Shown here: piece by piece, positions 59,001-64,000 of the stretch
Numbering within the stretch: position 1 is the first letter of the stretch
Layout of the letters: every line of letters starts with the position of its first letter
Assembly (NCBI GenBank): GCA_010909165.1
Contig: MU008171.1
Coordinates: 186,001-250,000 of the forward strand
DNA: 64,000 nucleotides
From: Anthoceros angustus
Taxonomy: Eukaryota; Plantae; Anthocerotophyta
Reading direction: 5' to 3'
Position numbers and translations under genes: made by a program
The notes under the pieces: generated by a model
The model's database searches: none
Told to the model about the DNA's origin: nothing
Seen by the model: only the letters and a program-made list of their open reading frames with translations

Positions 59001-60730
59001 ACTCTACTTTTGCAAGAACTGCAAAACTTGCTTATCAAGCATACTTGACATGCTGTGTTTTGATCAGAAGTAGAAGATCTTGTGAGCCCCATTACAAGCT
59101 CAAAGCATACTATAAAATTAATACAAACATCAAACTACAAGATGCCTAAGCCCACGTGCTCGCCACATATTGCTCTTACGAAGGGAAATTACATTGCCTC
59201 CAACTTGATGGTCCACAAATTTCGCATGACGGAAACTAGTGAAGAAGGCGTGATTTCCGTGCTTGAATAAAATTGATTTACGAGAGAAAAATATCACATG
59301 AAGATAAGCCTTAGTTCTTTGCCGTCTACGCTTGTCCTAGCACTAGGGTGTAGTCGCCGAAAGATGGTGCAAGGTTGTTTGTCAGAAATCCTCGAAAATC
59401 TTAATATTCATCAATGGAGGAACATTTGGCCTTTGCAACAAACCTTGAGGAAGCTCTACAACTCTTTGAGGAAAAATGAGTTTAGTTGGTGTTAGATCAA
59501 TGATCAATCTAGGTTATTTGTCCAACTTAGAAAACAATTTGTCAAACGAATAAGCTCCCATTACCGTTTGTGAGACCAAAATCCGAGGTTGATTCCCCTA
59601 CAGGGATCATGCCTAAAATAGATATATTACCACATGAGCACTAGACTATCCTCACATGATCAAGAGCATAGAAAGAACCCTGGACAACAGAGAAGAAGCT
59701 CGGACAACAAGAGTGCAAGTTCACTAACTTTGAACTTAAGGATCTCTCAGCGCACACCCCAGCTGAGACACACAGCCATTCTTGGTTACATCCAGAATTT
59801 TTAGTATGTCCGACATTGACCCATTCTCACGCTGTCCTGTGGGACTCTAGCCACACTCTTGTCACTTGATCATAACGTCTCATCTTGCTCCTCCGCCCCA
59901 ATTTGATTGTGTTATCCATGTCTGCTTGACCTACCTTTCTTTCATGCCACCTAATTCATCCTCGTCCAACCTTGTGGCCCTCGCCCTCTTCTCAATGTGA
60001 GCGGCTTATACAGAAATTGGGGACCCTACACAAACTAATCTATTTTGTGCAAATCGAACGGACCTTACCTTTCCGATGTAGGTGAGCACCCACGGTCATA
60101 TCTTTATAAATGTGTGATAAAATGAAATATTATTGGTTTATTACTCGTGGAAATGAGGTCAATGGGTTCAAGTGGCAATAAGTGCTCCTCCTATTTGTTG
60201 TTTAGATCGAAATAGGCGTGCATTCGTCGGGAGTTCGCATTACATGGCATCTTTATCAGCCTTTTGCCTTTTTCCCAGGTGGACAAGGGCGAGGCGCAGC
60301 ACAGCACTCTCTCCCAAAGGAGTCCTCGGCCGCAATATTTGCACTAGGAAAATATTGCGGTTTATTTCCTTCTTGGCAGGCGATTGAAACGCTGGAATGT
60401 AAAGCGTCGTAGGTAACGCCCGACTCCGACGGTGACTGCCGTACACCAGTAGACTGCATAACTCTACACGTAATGTACATACGTAACAGAGTGGCAACGG
60501 AACGGGGGGTCAGAGCGCCTGTTAGCCCAACGGTCGGCCGTGGACTGGTGACTGACGTGCCAGGGAGAGGCCCACATTGCCTGCCTGTCTTTCTTCCCCG
60601 CTTCGTGCCTGGCAAGCGCTTTGCTCTCTCCTCCCAAGTTCCCCCCCTTTCGATGGCGCAGTCGCGCCTCCTACCTTAGGCTGCGCGCGCTCGCCTCTCC
60701 CACGCTGCGGCCAAGGGCGCAGCTTCACCC

Positions 60731-62082
60731 ATGGGCAAGAGCGCCACATTCGAAGGCTCCACGGCGGTGGCCGAGACCTACCAGCCGCCGTGCCACCAGG
60801 TGTGGCGATCCGCGGAATGCGACTCTGCGGCGACCGCGGCTGCGGCCCCTGCTCCGCCGCCGCTGCCTCTGCCATCGCCGCCCGCCGTCAAGGAGGAGTG
60901 GGATGCCGTGGGCGGACTGGACGCCGTGCAGCTGAAGGCGCTCCGGAAGGTGGCATCGCAGGGCGTGCTGTGGACGCACCCCGCCAAGCCCGCCCTCACT
61001 GTGCTCTACACGCTGCACCACGGCGGAGATGTGGAGGCCGACGGCAACTGCCTTTTCACCGCCTTCCAGAAGGCAATGCAGCTGCAGGAGAGCCCGCTGG
61101 AGGTCCGCCTCCGCACCGTGAAGCGCTTCCAGCAAGACTACGACGCCGCAACCCCTGCTGCGGCGCGGGATCTAGACTCTATGATTTCGCATCTCTACGC
61201 GCCGGATCTGTTCACCGGATGGGGCGTGCATGTGGTGCAGGAGCTCAAATTGCTCGCCTGCCGCGCGGACAGAGAGGCGCTGGACACTGCCATCCAGGAG
61301 CTGGTCACGGTCGGAGTAACCAGGTGAGTGAGATGGCTGAGAAGAAGGAAAAGGAGTGGAATGGAGTGCAGAGAGCAAGTTGATGCAGTTTCAAGCCAGT
61401 ATTGCTCATCTCTTTGATCCCGTTCGATGCCAGGGATGCTGCCGCGGAGTCGGTGTACAAGGAGCGTTGCTTGGCCGTGGAAGCAGGCGGCAGCTGGGCC
61501 AAGTACATGTCCATCACAGGGAGCTCCTCGGACTTGTATGATATCATCAGCCTGCTCTACACCGAAGAAGGTCTTCTTAGCGTGGATGAGAACAGGCAAG
61601 GCCGAGCCGCGGCCTTCGGCGATGATCTAGCCATCGATTGCCTGGCCTCGGAATATGAGCGCGAAATTTTCGTGGTAAGCTGCTTGTCACCTTCAGCATA
61701 CGTTCTGCTAGGGTTCGGGTTCAGATCTGGCATCCACGCTTATGTCTGTGGATATCTGCGCGTGCAAACACGACAACGCAGGTTCAGGCTCACGGATCGG
61801 ACGCTATCGTGGAGGCGGCCAATTGCCTCTTTTTTTTGCCCCATCGCCCCAACAGCCAGGCTCTAGTCCGCCACCCGCCGGCATTCCTCTTCATGAAGGG
61901 CACAGGTAACAGGAGAGACTGTCACTCATCCTTCATCTTGATCTGCCTGTGTGTAATGTAACGAGCTGAGCCTGAAAGCTCCTTGATTTGATGCAGGGTG
62001 GTGCGGGGCAGGTGCAGACCATTATGAGCCTGTTTTTGCCAGAGTCTCCCAGTCTCGGGAGAAGGCCGCCATTGTTTTGTGA
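60731..62082 (+). CDS. Conserved plant protein with OTU-like cysteine-protease motifs, 4 exons, 347 aa
   Basis: Exons 60731-61323, 61434-61674, 61782-61905, 61997-62082 total 1044 nt in frame. VEADGNCLFTA (Cys box), AFGDDLAIDCLASEYEREIFVVQ, and GWCGAGADHYEP (His box). Confidence 0.85.
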
Positions 62083-63049
62083 CACACCGGGCGTATTTGT
62101 AACACTAGCGCACCATTCTTTGTAGCGTAAGCATTTCACGCTCCAGTATCATAGTTAGCGGGAGTTTGTATTGTGAGAGGGAGCATTTGCGGGATGTAGG
62201 ACACCGATGGACAACAGTGGCACCACTGATATTTTTTGTCATGCCGGAGATGGTCATGATCTTAGCAGCAAGCCGTCATCCCAATTTTGGGCAGGGCAAC
62301 AGATGAAGGTGGCGATTTAGTTGAGTTGTATGGCGTGAATAATGGCACCGTCCTGGCTTGGACGTTATGTCAACCTTTCTCCGCGTAGTTGCCACACGCG
62401 GAGGTATGCAGAGTTTGGAGGGTTTGTAATTCGGTATTGAGCATCCTTATTTTGACGGCCTAGAAAGAAATTCCCTATGCAGATTCTCCTGGCAGTGCTC
62501 ACACTTTCCCTGTGTCTTGTCTATGGACTCCCTATGCTTTGCAACAGGGTGACCGGTTTACAACTTTTATCGCCGCGTGATGGAACAACCCATTGAGGCG
62601 AAAGAAGATGCCCCAGGATTGGCATTTCTGGGCGTAGCAAGCAAGGATCTACCATTGCGATGCGTTGGCTCCTCACGCTCTTGCTGTGACCCAAAGTCCG
62701 CGTGACAGGATGAAGAAAAGCCTTTATACCAGCTTTGAGTATGTGGGTACGTTATCTCAGCGACCACTCTTTGGCTTCCTTGGGAAAAAAGGGCTGACGG
62801 ACAAACGGTGGGTGGCTTTCCGAACATCCGAACATGCCGAGTACAATACCGCTGTAGTTTGCGCAATTCACCCATGTACCTTTCACTTTAGAGAGCCGTA
62901 CGAACATGAAACCTTTCCCGCCCTCCGCCCTAAAGCTCGCGACATTCAATGACGCAAACACAACTTCGAATTGCTAGGCGGAAAATTATATGCCAGCTGT
63001 AACACACCTCCGTATGTGTGAGTGTGCCCGAATCTTGAAGTAGGATTCA

Positions 63050-63900
63050 ACGATGTTAGCATGAATTGCTTCAAGAATTCACCTGCTCGTTGTCACTCCC
63101 AGGATAGACCGCTGATGTTTCTCCCAGGGGAGTATGATGGCGTCAAGAGAGTATGTACAGGGGAGAACGGGGGGAACATCAGCGGACTGGGGATACCAGA
63201 CTGTCTCCGTTCTTCTTCCTCTACAACTGATCATCAGGGGAGTATGATAGAGTCAAGAGAGTATGTAAAATCGCAGAGAACACATGCACGGTGCTGATTA
63301 CAGGACTGATCACGTGGACCAATTCCCAATCGGTTCGGGGACTGGGCCGCTCATGTTCCTCTCGGGGAGCATTCTGTCATGTACGAGGGACAACAATGGC
63401 TCAGATAGATGTTGTTGTCTGACCAAAGCAGTGACTTCTCTGCAGGTGCAAAAGGATGACGTCCCTTTCGATGCTTTGCAAGGCATCCTCTGAGTTCATC
63501 ACCACCAGATTCAACGTCTGTCATAAATCCGGACTCATTACAAACAACGAGAGGTGGGCAAATGAAAAGCGCAGTAGATGATGTCATGACAGTGGCACCA
63601 TAATCAATTGATCTTTCATCCGATGCCTACTTCCTCGGGGCGAAGAACAAACAACTCAGCCGCATTCAGTACTGCGTCCAGAGTTGAATTGATCGCTCTG
63701 GAGAAGGTGACGTTGAGCGAAGCCGTACATGGTGGTGTCGAAGCCCAACGCAGCTGGATATGCTACAACTGGCATGACGAAAGCAGAAGGATGGTGGCGC
63801 TCGATCGGTCAAGTTCAGCACAATGGGACGTAGCCATCCAGAAGTCCTCGCTTTGAATGTCCTTCCATCACACGTCTGCAGGCAGCACAATCCAGGCTCC
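63050..63900 (-). pseudogene. Possible decayed malectin-like/LRR receptor-kinase fragment
   Basis: Minus-strand pieces: SLNVTFSRAINSTLDAVLNAAELF (malectin-like C-terminus), LPERNMSGPVPEPIGNW and PGRNISG (LRR-like). They are separated by stops, and no intact gene model was found. Confidence 0.3.
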
Positions 63901-64000
63901 GATTAAAGCATACCAGTTTACAACATGCGTGAATCGTTGAGCTCATACTGGTCCGAAGTTGATGAGTTGAGGTCGGCAAAGTACAGAATGCAGCAGGTGC

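Noticed and set aside
61782-61905. Apparent frameshift in OTU-like exon 3
   Set aside because: With the C-run implied by the supplied ORF translation, the exon reads through (HRPNSQALVRHPPAFLFMKGT) and the total CDS length is a multiple of three.

Overview
Eukaryotic nuclear DNA from a non-seed land plant. The GC-rich exons, ~80-200 bp GT-AG introns and gene set fit a hornwort or other bryophyte-grade genome best, but the species assignment is only an inference. Seven intact spliced host genes were reconstructed, with exon phases checked by hand: an ASG1-like PH-domain gene (runs off the left edge), KDSB/CKS, a SAM-domain gene, an RH17-like DEAD-box helicase, an LBD transcription factor, a CKI1-like hybrid histidine kinase and an OTU-like protein. 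Two transposon-dense blocks lie between them. Block 1 (7.6-35.5 kb) holds a CRE-clade non-LTR element, a CACTA end and a decayed C5 DNA-methyltransferase gene of the retrotransposon-borne type. It also holds a nested stack: a ~4.7 kb ORF-bearing solo-LTR-like element (TGTGG...CCACA, target-site duplication GGAAG) interrupted by a 3.1 kb CACTA-like element and a 13.3 kb Sola-like DNA transposon. The Sola-like element carries decayed cargo resembling SET, GNAT and ParB domains. Block 2 (38.5-49.1 kb) holds several CRE fragments, a ~1.2 kb tandem duplication with a minisatellite, and a second, uninterrupted copy of the solo-LTR-like element (target-site duplication GTGAC). Parts of block 2 are indel-rich and may reflect poor assembly polishing. 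No CRISPR array, rRNA or convincing tRNA gene was found. All domain calls come from reading motifs by eye; no database search was run.
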